A stretch of DNA of 63,706 nt, the filler included, from Circinaria calcarea (taxonomy: Eukaryota): NCBI GenBank assembly GCA_051942165.1. It is 4 parts of 4 records of this genome, joined end to end, with 100 filler letters (N's around TTAATTAATTAA, not from the genome) between each part and the next. Parts side by side here need not be neighbours in the genome. Positions count along the whole stretch, not along the records: positions 1 to 15,882 come from JAVECS010000346.1; positions 15,983 to 31,850 come from JAVECS010000347.1; 2 more parts are not named here. One strand, 5' to 3'. The position numbers and the translations under genes were made by a program. The notes below the pieces were generated by a model that was given only the letters and a program-made list of their open reading frames with translations, did no database searches and had not been told where the DNA came from. Positions within the stretch are counted from its first letter, which is position 1; the number at the start of each line of letters is the position of its first letter. Of this stretch, positions 11,326 to 22,849 are shown in pieces.

Positions 11326-13483
11326 TTCGTATGCAGAAACCCAACGTTCAAGGACCGTATATAAGGGAAACAGAAAGGCTTAGGACTCAGCCTATTGGAC
11401 GTGCCGGGTCAATCCACAAAAAGAAGTTGTCTATTGTGCTTGTAGAGCTGCGAATCACGCTCATGCTATCATGGACAAGAAGCTTAGTTGTAGGAGTAAA
11501 GAATGGATTAAAGGAGACTGTAGTTCGAGCCAGTGATAGTTATACTGAAGCTTGACATTGGGCACTCCTGTCCGAAATACGGTGAAGAAGCCATAATGCT
11601 AGACAAAAATTTCCTTGGTCGACGTCAGAAGATTTTACAGTTTCAGACCCTAAGGGATTCTATAAGGCTTGGGCTGAGCGGAAGCCATCCGATTGAGATA
11701 TCAACGGGCATCGCGCGGAGGTATATGTTCAGCTAGCAGGGAGCCAGGGGAGACACCCGCGTACAGCTCCTCTGTCAGTGGTGGTAGAGTCGGTAGTGAA
11801 GGCTCCAGACAAAAAGTCAATTAATGCGTAAGTCCGTGGGATGATTTTGCGGATGCTTCAGCACGTTGCCGGTGGCCCTTCTCGATCCGGTACATCTAAT
11901 GAGCGGTATGCACGCCCCCTTGTCCAGTCTTAAGTAGACATGGGATGAATGCTCGTGGCTTGAATAGGGTCATCAGACTAGGTCAAGTGCCAACAAGCCT
12001 CATCGCCTCGAGCGTCCTGTTCACGGTTGGAGGCTCACTGGTCTTCTCTTCTGCTACAAAGCCTGTCACTCGCTGAATCCAGGTGTGATTGGCTGTTTTG
12101 GTGGTTGTTGATGAAGTGAATCTTGGCTGTTCCTCATTTTCTTCCCGTATCCCCGTAATCCCGAGTGGATCCGTCTGCTGTCGGCTAGAACTGATACAGT
12201 CTGGCCAGGCGGGCCGTTCCAGTTCGTTTAATTGGCTAACTCAGTGGCTACCGACAAGGCAGCTTCAGTTATTCTCGCCCAAAGCAAATGACCAGACCAA
12301 TGGGAGGCTTAAACAAAGGCATAATCAGCAAGAGAGAGAAGTCATGGTTCGTGGTGGCTGTTCTCTGTCGGTGTTTTGGCTTATTACCATACCTACGGAA
12401 GCAAGTAAGAAGAAACGGTCAGCCATGAGATCGACGTCGCAGGATGTATATCCCGCTTCTGGGGACCCCTCATCTACTGCGGTACAGTAGGTCAGTGATG
12501 CTGGATAGGGGATGATGTTCGACACGCCCCCGACCTGAGTCAAGACGAATGATATCGTGGGAAAGGCTTCTGCTATCCCACAACCGGTGCTAGGCAAATG
12601 TGGCCGGCTCCTCGTGGCATGGGCAACTTGCATAAGCGCGATGCTTCCGCTCTCCCCGCTCCGCATGGCCTTTTTGACGCGTGGGGGCGCTTCCTCTCGG
12701 CCACTACGGCCCTTGTCCGCCACACTCGTCCACACATCCCATGCTGCGGTTGGAAGGATGTTGCAGTAGATGCTGCATCCACAAGCCTCCTTACCATCAT
12801 CACCACCCGCTCATTCTTTTGACTCATACGATCCATGTATGTATCCTCCGCACTCACGTTTAAAGAGAGTCCGACAGCTACAGGTTCGCTTCTTTGATTC
12901 GAAGCCGTTTGGCAGTTTACCCTCCAATCTCTCTGTCCGGAGTCGATCATTTGATTTCAGGGCCTGGCCGAAATGACTTGACATTATTATTACTATTCAC
13001 ATCCCAAACTGCTATCACATCGAGCCTAGATCCAATTTGGACTACGGCATGCATACGGCGTGTTGGAAAGATTAACATGAAGCGATCGATGCGGCCCGCA
13101 TTAATGAATGCATCCACTATTCGCTCCCACCCTCTGGGAATCGAACTCGAGATGCAATCCGGGCAGTTATGGCCCATGGCTCCCTCCCGTCCTTTGCAGA
13201 TAACGAAGCCTGCGGTTGGCTATCAAAAGCGATGGCTAGGATCCCTCCAGCCTAGGCCTTCCTATGTACCCTCAAGTACGTCTCAGGTCCCTCCGAAAGT
13301 GGCGGGTGGCCGACATTAGGGTAATGCGGAGGGTTTAGGTTATTGCGTCTTGGCCTTTTCTCCGTATTTCGTAATCCAGTCCTAAAGACGCCCGTCCCTT
13401 TATATACACAGGGTCTTGGCCCCTCCGATAATCAACTTCCCCTCTCCTTTTCTTCGGATTGATCACGCAAGTGGCAATTCAAG

Positions 13484-15292
13484 ATGGAGCACGGCGGTAT
13501 CGAGATGAAGTCGGGTGCAAGAGAGGTTATCATTGAAGCTACGGGGCAAGGGACTCGTAACCCCGCGTATTCGAGGAAGCCGCGGCTTGAGGTATATCGG
13601 CGTCTAATTCGTTTTACTGTAACGGCGTGTCGCTTACACTTCTGAATACTTAGAGATATCTTGGCTTCCTTCCGACCATCGCCTTCTCCTGTACCCTGAC
13701 GGCGTCATGGGAGTCACTCGCGGCTGGGTTGATTGTAGGACTGTTGAACGGTGGTCCGGTGTCTCTGGTATACGGCATGATACTCTCAATTCTTGGCACC
13801 ACCGCCCTCAGTGCATCCCTCGGGGAGATGGCATCAATGTTGGCTGCCTCATAACATTCTACACGAGGATGAGGATTAATGGAACTTAGAACTCCAACGG
13901 CCGGTGCCCAATACCATTGGACCTTTGACCTTGCACCTCGGGCCCCAGTATTTTTGAGCTTAATGCAAGGTATGGAGACTCACGGAGTGTTTCAAGGTCC
14001 GACTGTTAACATTTACAGGTTGGATCACAGTCTTTGCATGGTTGGCGACAACTGCTACTGCCCCGTACATTGTCGCCACTGAAATTCAGGGGGTTGTTAT
14101 CCTGAACTACCCCACTTATACGCCCCAGGGATGGCACTCGGCCCTCATGATGTGGGCGGTCTTAGCGGTGCCGGTTATCATCAACATCTATGCGAGAAGA
14201 CTGTTGGCACCCGTCGAGATCATGGGCGGTATCTGCCATCTTATGTTTCTCCCAGCCATTCTAGTGACCTTGATATGTTTGGCGCCCAGAAGTGAAGCGT
14301 CCTTTGTGTTTACTGAATTTGTCAGCGGCCTCAGTGGGTGGTCGAATGATGGAGTAGTCTGGTCCCTTGGATTGCTTGCTGTCGTTTTCCCTCTCACTGG
14401 TAAAGTTTTTTGGCGCAAGGCTTATCTTGGTTAATCTAATCCCTTGACAGGTTTCGACGGTGTACTTCACATGGCAGAGGAGGTAAAGAACCCGGCGATC
14501 GCCGTTCCCCAGACGATGGTACTTGGAATTGTTATCAACGGCATTATGACGCTCGGCTTCTTAATTGGCGTTCTTTTCACCATGGGGAGTTATAAGGATG
14601 CCTTGGAAACGACAACAAAGTATCCAATTATTGAGATCTTCTTGCAAGCCACCAAATCAGTGCGTGCTACCACCGCTATGACATCGTTACTCATCGTCAT
14701 CGGTTTCATCGCCCTGTTTGGATCCCTGGCATCGACGACTCGATTAACCTGGGCTTTCGCTCGCGATAAGGGCCTACCCTTTGCTGACTTTTTTTCTTAT
14801 GTGAGTGGAACGTTATTCGTTCGTGTGTACGTGAACCTGCTGACATGTGTTCAGGTATCCCCTCGGCGCAAGATTCCCTTGCGGGCACTGTGCCTTGTAG
14901 TAGGCATGGTCATGGTCATCAGCTTGATCGTCATTGGATCAACCGCAGCTTTCAACGCCATCATCTCACTATCGACCCTAGCCCTATATGTATCCTACAT
15001 TATTCCAATCGTCCTCCTTATAATCAAGAGATTCCAAAAACAGCCAGTTCAGTGGGGACCATGGAGATTAGGCCGCTGGGGTCTCGCCGTTAATCTCTTC
15101 GCTGTCGGTTACGCAGTTTTCATCATCATCTTTCTCCCTTTCCCACCTATACTGCCCGTTACTTGGTCGAACATGAATTATTCGGGCCTCATTTTTGGTC
15201 TGGTTTTGATATTCGCGCTGGTAGATTGGTTCACGTTTGGGAAGAAGAGATGGCATGGTCCTACCGTTAAGTATTTGGGTGCCGAGGATTAG
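13484..15292 (+). CDS. Amino acid/choline (GABA/choline-type, APC superfamily) permease, multi-exon
   Basis: Spliced motifs NGGPVSLVYG, SLGEMAS|.PTAGAQYHW, GW..VF.W, SGWSNDG, GFDGVLHMAEEV, RLTWAFARD.GLPF, W.LGRWG..VN; many TM segments. Confidence 0.93.
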
Positions 15293-15882
15293 CGTTGGAA
15301 GCTATGGATGTATTACTATGTAAATACTAGCACTACGACTAGACAACACTGGTAGTGTTGGAGACGGGGGCATGAGTTTTATGGCATTCGATGAACTTTG
15401 AATGTTTTCTTCATGAGGTCTGATATGCTTGGTTTCGAAAGAAGTCATGTAGAACTATTACTACATCCGTAGTCGGGCTTACACTTACAACTCCAGGTTT
15501 ATTTGATCATTCCCGTTCCCGTTCCCGTTCCCCCTGCCTAGCTGTCTCCAATTCATTTAGTAAGGCTCTTGCTCTCGGCCTTTTTTCTCGCTCCGCAATT
15601 TCTTCGACATCCCCAACCACCACCAATTAAATCTTCCCCTTCACCCTCCACTTTTAATAAAATACCTATTCCCCATTTTTCCTTACCCAAACCAAACCCC
15701 CCCCCGTCCTGTTAGTTATGCCATCCTCGTCGGTCCAATGTTCCCGTTCCCCGGGATACAGGATAGAGGATTACGAGTTTTTACCTCTAACCACCAGGCT
15801 CATAATCCGCCCCCTTCTTCGCCCCCCTCCCTTCTCGGGGTGGGTTACGGTGGGTTACGGTTACGGACTTCATGTCTCGCCC

Positions 15883-15982
15883 NNNNNNNNNNNNNNNNNN
15901 NNNNNNNNNNNNNNNNNNNNNNNNNNTTAATTAATTAANNNNNNNNNNNNNNNNNNNNNNNNNNNNNNNNNNNNNNNNNNNN
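15883..15982. other. Artificial contig-joining spacer (N44-TTAATTAATTAA-N44)
   Basis: Exactly 100 bp; the 12-mer has stops in all six frames; identical to the other two spacers. Confidence 0.97.
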
Positions 15983-17018
15983 GGTAAAGAAGAGGATAGT
16001 AAGAAAACGGAGAGAGGGAGAAAGGTTGGATTGAACAGGAACGAAGTTCATCTCATTCTCATTCCATACAAGATCAAGCTCAGGTTACCTACTCCGAGCG
16101 TGTTCCGCGCGCCAAATTTTCTTTTCTTTTCTCTCCTTCTGCTTCCTCTGACGTGGAAAAAGGGAAAAGAGAATGAGAATCCAGCCCATATCCCACAAGA
16201 CACTTTGCTTGGTTCCCTCCTTCCTGGAAAAACTTCTACTCCCCTCCCTACAACCCCCCCTACAACCCCCCCTGCTTCTTAGCTCTCGGATCGCATGCGG
16301 CATTTTTTCTGAACCATACCTGATTTATTCTATTCTTATTTCTACCAGCCAAATAGGGGTGGTTTTGATTGAGGCAAGAGAGGAGGTTGAGAAACCTTAT
16401 TTGGTGCTGGGGAACTTCCATTTTTTGTGGGGGTTTTTTTGGGAAGGGGAAGGAGAAGAGAAGTCTTGGGTGGTGTTTGAATTCATCGGGCTATTACATT
16501 TTTTCTCGGGTGGCATTGGGCCGATAAACATCTGTTCTTTGTAACTTTTGTTGGAAAGCTTCAGCTATTGGCGCTCTTGTGTTGCTCAACCTATATGCTA
16601 TTAAAGACCTCTGCTGTCCTGATGGTCGATTTTTTTTTTACACGCTGACTTTTCAATGACAAATAGTTCGTCGAGTCTTTAGATGGCTGGAGTAGCCCCC
16701 CTTTTTTTTTGTCAAGTACAGTCATAAAAAGTTCACGCCTTCATCCTTGATTGGAAATGACTGATATGTTTGATTCATCCTGCTTAGAATTGGTTGGGTG
16801 TTGCCATCAACCTCATACTTGATGATTTCTATTTTACTCCCTCCACTTAATGTGAGCTTGACCAAAGGTACAAGGTTAGTCTCCCTTTCGGTTTGCTTGC
16901 ACCCAACGGTAGATCTAACACGACGGACCACCGACTGCCACGCAAAAGCCGAGGGTCGTGAATAGGAAGGGAGTCCCCACCCATTTTATAACCCTTACCA
17001 TCCTCCCCAAACCAGAAA

Positions 17019-17516
17019 ATGCCGCAACTCTTCCAAGTCCAGTTCCTCAGCTACGGCCAAAGCCAACGGCCCCATCCAACCGACTCCAATATCATCTACC
17101 GAGTCGACTGCAGCCGTTTGCCGCCTCCCCCTCATCATCTGTGCGAGGTTACGACCGGCCTCGATGTCGAAACCGCAGAAGCCTTTTGGACCCGCGGAAC
17201 CAACAACGAGTACTACCACCGGGTGGTCGGCGAAATCAACAAGGCTCTGCACGTGGCGTGGAACGAAAAGAATAAAGTGGTTATCGTCGCCGTGTTTTGT
17301 ATGCTCGGAATGCACCGGAGTGTGGCCATGGCGGACAGGTTGGCGAAGCACTTTGCCAGGTTTCTAGGCCTCAGCGTCTTGGAGCCTAGACATCTGGACT
17401 TGGCTGCCAGGATAAAAAGACAGCGGGAGAGAGTGCTGAAGAGGGAGAGGGTCAGGATTGTTGACGGAGGAGAGGGTGAAGAAGGAGAGGTTACGAAGAG
17501 AGTAGGAAATGAATGA
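17019..17516 (+). CDS. Stand-alone RapZ C-terminal-domain-like protein
   Basis: Intronless 165-aa ORF. Motif order SYG..P, VDCSRLPPP, TTGLD, VAVFCMLGMHRSVAMADRLA, H.DL mirrors bacterial RapZ-CTD (SFG..P..D.RFLPNP..TG.D..IGCTGG.HRSV...H.D). Confidence 0.75.
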   Translation: MPQLFQVQFLSYGQSQRPHPTDSNIIYRVDCSRLPPPPHHLCEVTTGLDVETAEAFWTRGTNNEYYHRVVGEINKALHVAWNEKNKVVIVAVFCMLGMHRSVAMADRLAKHFARFLGLSVLEPRHLDLAARIKRQRERVLKRERVRIVDGGEGEEGEVTKRVGNE

Positions 17517-18519
17517 CTATGAGGATGACGGGTGCGTAGTGTCTTTGAGGAGATTGGAACAGATTGGTACTGCCGTGACAATGGCAGAGACATACATACA
17601 CGGGATGGTAAGGTCATGATTGTTGATTAATAGTGGTTTCTGTGTTTACGCAGAGAGCGTTCGGTTGCACGGCTTGCTTGCAGGTAGTTTTTTGCTTACA
17701 CCAATCTGCAGATTTTGATCCTTTCTATATTCAGAATACCGAGCTTGATACCACGAGAAAGTACAATTTCATACACCGAAAGTTTAAAATATACAATTTC
17801 ATACATTTACCTATTTCCGTTAAAATTAGCGACCTATACGTGATGACCATGATTCTAATTACTTAAGATCGATGGAATTTCCTAATCTCTCCTCGTTTAG
17901 TAAATGTTCACAAATGAATTCCCGAGTCTCTTGCCCCTGAAATTTGCCCTTAAGCAGACCCCGTCATCTCCACAGGAACACCATATGCTCCCCTGAAATC
18001 GAAGATACTTTCTTCTTTGGCATCGAGGTAGCAAACCTGATGGCCCTTCCCCATTTTTGACCCCCGAAGATTCAAGGAGCCATGCTTCAGATATTGGCAT
18101 ATAGATAATCCTTGGTGACCCTCGTATTGTTCTCAGTGGTCCGATGTCTCTTGTGGTAGGACATCTGGAAGCCTTGACGGATTCATTCACGAGGAGGATT
18201 ATGTTCGATCCTACGGCCAACTCCACGACTGCTATTTCGTTAGCTCGTGAGGCCGCTGGCAGCTTTCACCTGCGATTGGACTGCAACCCCTTTATTCGGG
18301 CCTAGATTGGGGACTATAGTAGATTCTTGAGTACGAATCTCAAGGTCAACATCTTCTATGATGGACTATATCGCTACATGTAGGTACGTGTTTAATAGTC
18401 ATGTAACTCGGAGGTCTGCCAGGGCAGGTGGATGGCAATCTTTCGTTGGTCCCTGCTAATTGACGTGTTCACTGCTCACGAAAGGGGAATGATTCCTCCT
18501 TTGTGTACAGGTTTCCTGC

Positions 18520-19700
18520 CTTCACCCTGCGGTCGACTGACCGTGGAGGAAGCTCATCTTGGAGATGCTATCTGCCTGCTTATATATTCTTTTTTTCCTT
18601 CACTAGTTCGTGTCAACACATCTGTCGATTCTGATCCGTAATACCGCGGTCTTACAACTCCTTTTTTCCTATTGGCCTTCGCCCTCTGGACGTCTGCCCT
18701 TATCTGCAATTGGCTAGCGAAGCTTTGCAAATAGTGTCTGCGGACAATTCATCGTTGGCGACCTTAATTGGAGCCATGATAGGCGGATAGGGGTCGTTTC
18801 CGGCCCGAATCGAGTACATCGACTGAGGTATATTATCGGATCGCGATATTCTGCGGGATTCATGATCTGGTGTCAAAGTCCTGCGGTTGAACGATTGAAG
18901 CCCTACAATAAATGGTGGAGTCGCCCTAGCAACTCGCATGGTGGCATCCCACACCCGGGTAAGTCGGCCCAGCCAGCAATGAAACTTGACATGCTACGGT
19001 GCCCGACACAACCACCAGGTCTCTACAGAGTATCTGTTTACCTAATAACAAACCAGCATCGAGTAAGAAAAAGCTCGCTTTCATCTCTTCCTACATCCTG
19101 GAGATCTATCGATCTTGATTTACACACTGTGGCATGGCTGTTCAAGAACCCAAGTTTGCCAAAATACTGGTCAGGATACTAACCAAACCAAGACGGGATA
19201 CAGAAGTACTGCCGAAGGTAATCCGAAGACGTGGTAAGCTCTCGCCCTTAGAATTGTACTCATCTAGCATGGTACGGTCATCTATTTCAAAACGGTTTCC
19301 AACTGCTGTTAGGATACGAGCTACTCGTTCACCCACGCCCAATGTTCTAGCGGGATCGTATCCACTACCTTCCGAACCATATTTGTACTGGAACCGGCTT
19401 CTGCGGTACTACAGCGAAGGTGATAGAGGGATAGCCCACGGCAATGCAACCTTAGCCTCCTCTGTTCTCAGCACGCCTTGATATGGACAGGTGGGGACCA
19501 TCATGCTCCGGTACATCCGCCTGTGACCGGATACTGGCCGCATGGGCTCTATATCAGCAGAAGAAGATTATGAAATCGTACCATCAACCGATTGTAGGTT
19601 ACCTTGCGTTTAGAGACCTACTTCGGGAGAGGACATACAAACATTAGGTATGCCTGGACTATCTCAATTGACCCTCCGCATAGTACTCTTTGGTCGGACA
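18520..19700 (+). pseudogene. Possible highly degenerate patatin-like phospholipase relic
   Basis: No long ORF. Stop- and frameshift-riddled translations give, in the right order, LRSTDRGG (cf. LSLDGGG), GSFPARIE..SDRDILRDS.SGVKV, IVLI*HGT (cf. VLSLGTG) and RYIRL*P (cf. RYFRLN). Recognised by eye only. Confidence 0.35.
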
Positions 19701-20355
19701 CCATCCTTCGTTCTTCTCCCAAAGTACCCTGACCACCGTTCCTCTAGCTATCGAGAGTAATGATCCTACTCTACCGTATTTTTTTGGTGCGTCGAGAGCT
19801 GGATCGCTGCCAGGAGCCTCAGTACTTATGGTAGCGTAGACCTCTTAGGCATGTATGACCAAGCGTTGGCTCTCATCTTTTTGTCTGATATCTAGAAAAC
19901 CTTTCAGGTATTCTAGCTTGCTCTAATGCCCTAATAAGATGATTTACACGATACGCTGCATGCCTCGACTGCAAGAGTGCCTAGATTATCCAGCACATAG
20001 ATTATTCAAGGGAGCAGTGCTTTTTTCTTTATAATAGATACGCTACAATGTAAGTTGATGTGCACAGTAAAAGATAGAAACATAGCTACACTGCGTGGTA
20101 CGCATTTTCCAATTTGATACCATCGAGTAATGGCATTTGAGCCGAGTCATGTTCCGGACTCCGGCGCTAAAGTCCGGATAAACTTCTCTCATTCACCCGG
20201 GATTCCTCCTGATTCGTCCCATGGCCTCACTTCATTTCCATCGATTTCATCCCAGCACTACCTCTGCATTGTCTTGGTGATAGCATCACCTCCATTTTGG
20301 CGCTCACCGCAGAACTCAACTTTCGAGGCATCTGGCTGTGCAGATCGATTCAGCC

Positions 20356-22340
20356 ATGTCAAGTGATCAGAGGGCCCCTGGATACCTTCCACCTCATCTT
20401 CGTGTCATGACCCCAACAACTGCACCTCATGCCTCCATGTCCTCATCTGTAACTTCAAGATTGACCAAGCCTACCGTTGTCCAGTCTCATGACCTTCCGG
20501 TAGCAAAAAGCCCAGCGGCTGCATCTCAAGCATCCGATACTTCAGGCCAGACCATGAAATCGGCCAGACTCGACGAGAATGTGACGTCCGCAGCCAAGAC
20601 CCAGTTCCGCCAGCCGTCAGCGATTCCTTTCAACTCTCCAGGCGAGCCGTCTGCGCCCGCAACTCCGAATTTACCTTTGAAGGCGAGCTCAGTCCCATCA
20701 AGGGATACACCACCTCATCTTCGAAACCTCCAAATTCCGCTCATGCCGGTAAAAGCTGTTCAGTCTGCAACAGTCATTGCGGGCAAAACCCGAATCATGG
20801 AGCAAATGCCGCCAAAGCACGAGAAAGATGGGCAGGCAGCTGGAGCAAGTACCTCAGCAGTGAATGCAGGCGGAGCCAATGTCACAGCAACAACCTGGCA
20901 ACAGCTGGCAGGCTCTGCACCCGGCAGAGAGAGAACCACACGAAAGCCCAAGGTAGACGTCATCGCTAAGTTTGCGAGAAACCACCCATGCTCCTACCTA
21001 GACTGCCCAGCAGGCTTTGATACTCTCCGTGGACTCAAACATCACAAAGGCGAAAAACACGACTATTGCGTGATCTGCGATGTCGACTGTAAAGACGCGG
21101 CTGAATTCCTTAAACATAAAATCAAGAGCGAGAAGCATATTGTCTGTCCTATCTGCAGTGAGGACTTCAAGAGTAGTATGGGTCGCGACCGTCATCTTAA
21201 GCAGGTAGGCTAGTCCCTTTTCCATGTTCCAAGATAAGGCGAGCTGATTCTTTCAAAGTTTCACATGACCGAGCAGAACATCGTATGCCCCGGATGTAGC
21301 GTAAAGTTCACAAGAGCGGGAGGGTTCATGGAGCACATCGAGAGCAACCGTTGCGGACAGATTTCCGCGGATGACTTTGATAGGTCTCGTGCTTTGCAAG
21401 CATACAACCTGGCCCGTGTTTCCGCAATGATAGTGCGGGAAGACGAGAGAGATTTCTCGATGATGGGATCAGAATTTGGAGACGAATCGATTGAAGGTGG
21501 AGTGGCTCTGTTGGATTGTGTTGATTCAGATGACGATGAGGCTGTCTTTGACCAGGCATTTCCAGCTCTTGCGGATGTCAGAAAAACGAAGACCAAGAAA
21601 GAAATTGAGATTGCAACAAAAGTGGAAGAAGTAAAATTTGGAGTCGCAACTGGACCAGGCGTGGGAACCGCATGGCCTGCCCTTGGGAGTGCTAAAGTTG
21701 AACAGCCGACTTCTTCACCATGGTTGACACCTAGTGCATCGAAACTGTTTCCCAACGCTCCTCCGAATCCAATTGTGCCGCGAGCGGTTGACGACCTTAC
21801 AGTAAATGATCGCGACACAGTACTCCGATTGAGGGACTCGAGCGGTTCGATCCTTGACACACGTTCCCCTGACTTCAACCCACACAAATTCTTAAATGCA
21901 ATCGACAAGTTCGCCTGCCCCTATCCCACTTGTGGGTAAGTGAGAGATCTCCTCCTTTTTAACGCATGTGAACATGGCATAATTTCCCCATAATCTGCAA
22001 TGATCAGAAGTGTTTACATGTCAATTGTAACTGCGTCTTTCTTATAGGCCACTGCTAATCTCCTAGCAGCAAGAGCTTCAAGACCGTACAAGAGTTTAAG
22101 TCGCATCTCGAGTCTCTAACGCACAAGGGCGTGGATCATCGATGCCCTTACTGCCTTAAGATCTTCAAATCGCCAACGGCATTGACCCAACATATGGAAG
22201 CACCATCGACAAAATGTAGGATCAAGGAATCAACACATTTCGAAAGGGCCGTGAACTTGGTTTCCGGTGGCTTCCTTGAGGTCTCTGGAAGACATGTCGA
22301 TGCTTCCGTAAAATATGACGCGACGGAGCCCCAGTGGTAG
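20356..22340 (+). CDS. Multi-C2H2 zinc-finger protein, 3 exons
   Basis: Repeated C-x2-4-C...H-x3-5-H units (CSYLDC..H, CVICD..H, CPIC..H, CPGC..H, CPYPTC..H, CPYC..H); N-terminal PPHLR motifs; GT-AG introns near 21204 and 21936. Confidence 0.88.
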
Positions 22341-22849
22341 AGAGCATTATTCCATGGTAGGGGTGGGTAGAAAATGGACCAGGAATCTCTTCACCTGCTA
22401 TCCGATTTTGTTGTGGAAAGTCCCAAACAGAACGTGCACGCCTTCAAACATGTTGTTGCATCGATGGTTCGGTAGGGACTTTGTGGGCTTGGCTGCTGAA
22501 CGACAATTACTTGAGATAGACTGATAGCAACAACAGGCACTGATCATAGGCCTTAAGCCCAATATGAGTGAGTATAGTATGCGCCGTGACCCATGATATC
22601 CACCTCCCCTTGAAAAAGTCGGCGACAGTACACCCCAAAGTATCTACTTTTACGACTCAAGGGAGTAGCACATTGACTGGGTGGGTTTGCACGTTCAGTT
22701 TAGGCATCTTAGTGACGCTAGGGAAATCATTATGCCGGTGACCGTCCATTGCCATAAGTTTTTGTGCGGAAGTGCAATGCAATTTATCTTAGGAAGTGCT
22801 GAGCAAGGCAATTGGTTCAATGCCTCTAATAACCAGCTTTGTCGCAGCT

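Noticed and set aside
12089..13319. Cluster of overlapping 60-140 aa ORFs upstream of the permease
   Set aside because: No recognisable domain or consistent splice pattern. Treated as intergenic, though a decayed gene cannot be excluded.
15841..15866. GGTTAC repeats as telomere
   Set aside because: Only three imperfect units, not TTAGGG, in low-quality contig-end sequence.
15927..15938. TTAATTAATTAA palindrome recurring every ~16 kb as a biological repeat
   Set aside because: Always centred in exactly 44+44 Ns; it is a synthetic six-frame-stop linker.
21261..21908. Long antisense ORFs (also 27013-27564, 42111-42701, 47838-48380)
   Set aside because: Shadow or alternative frames of well-supported genes.
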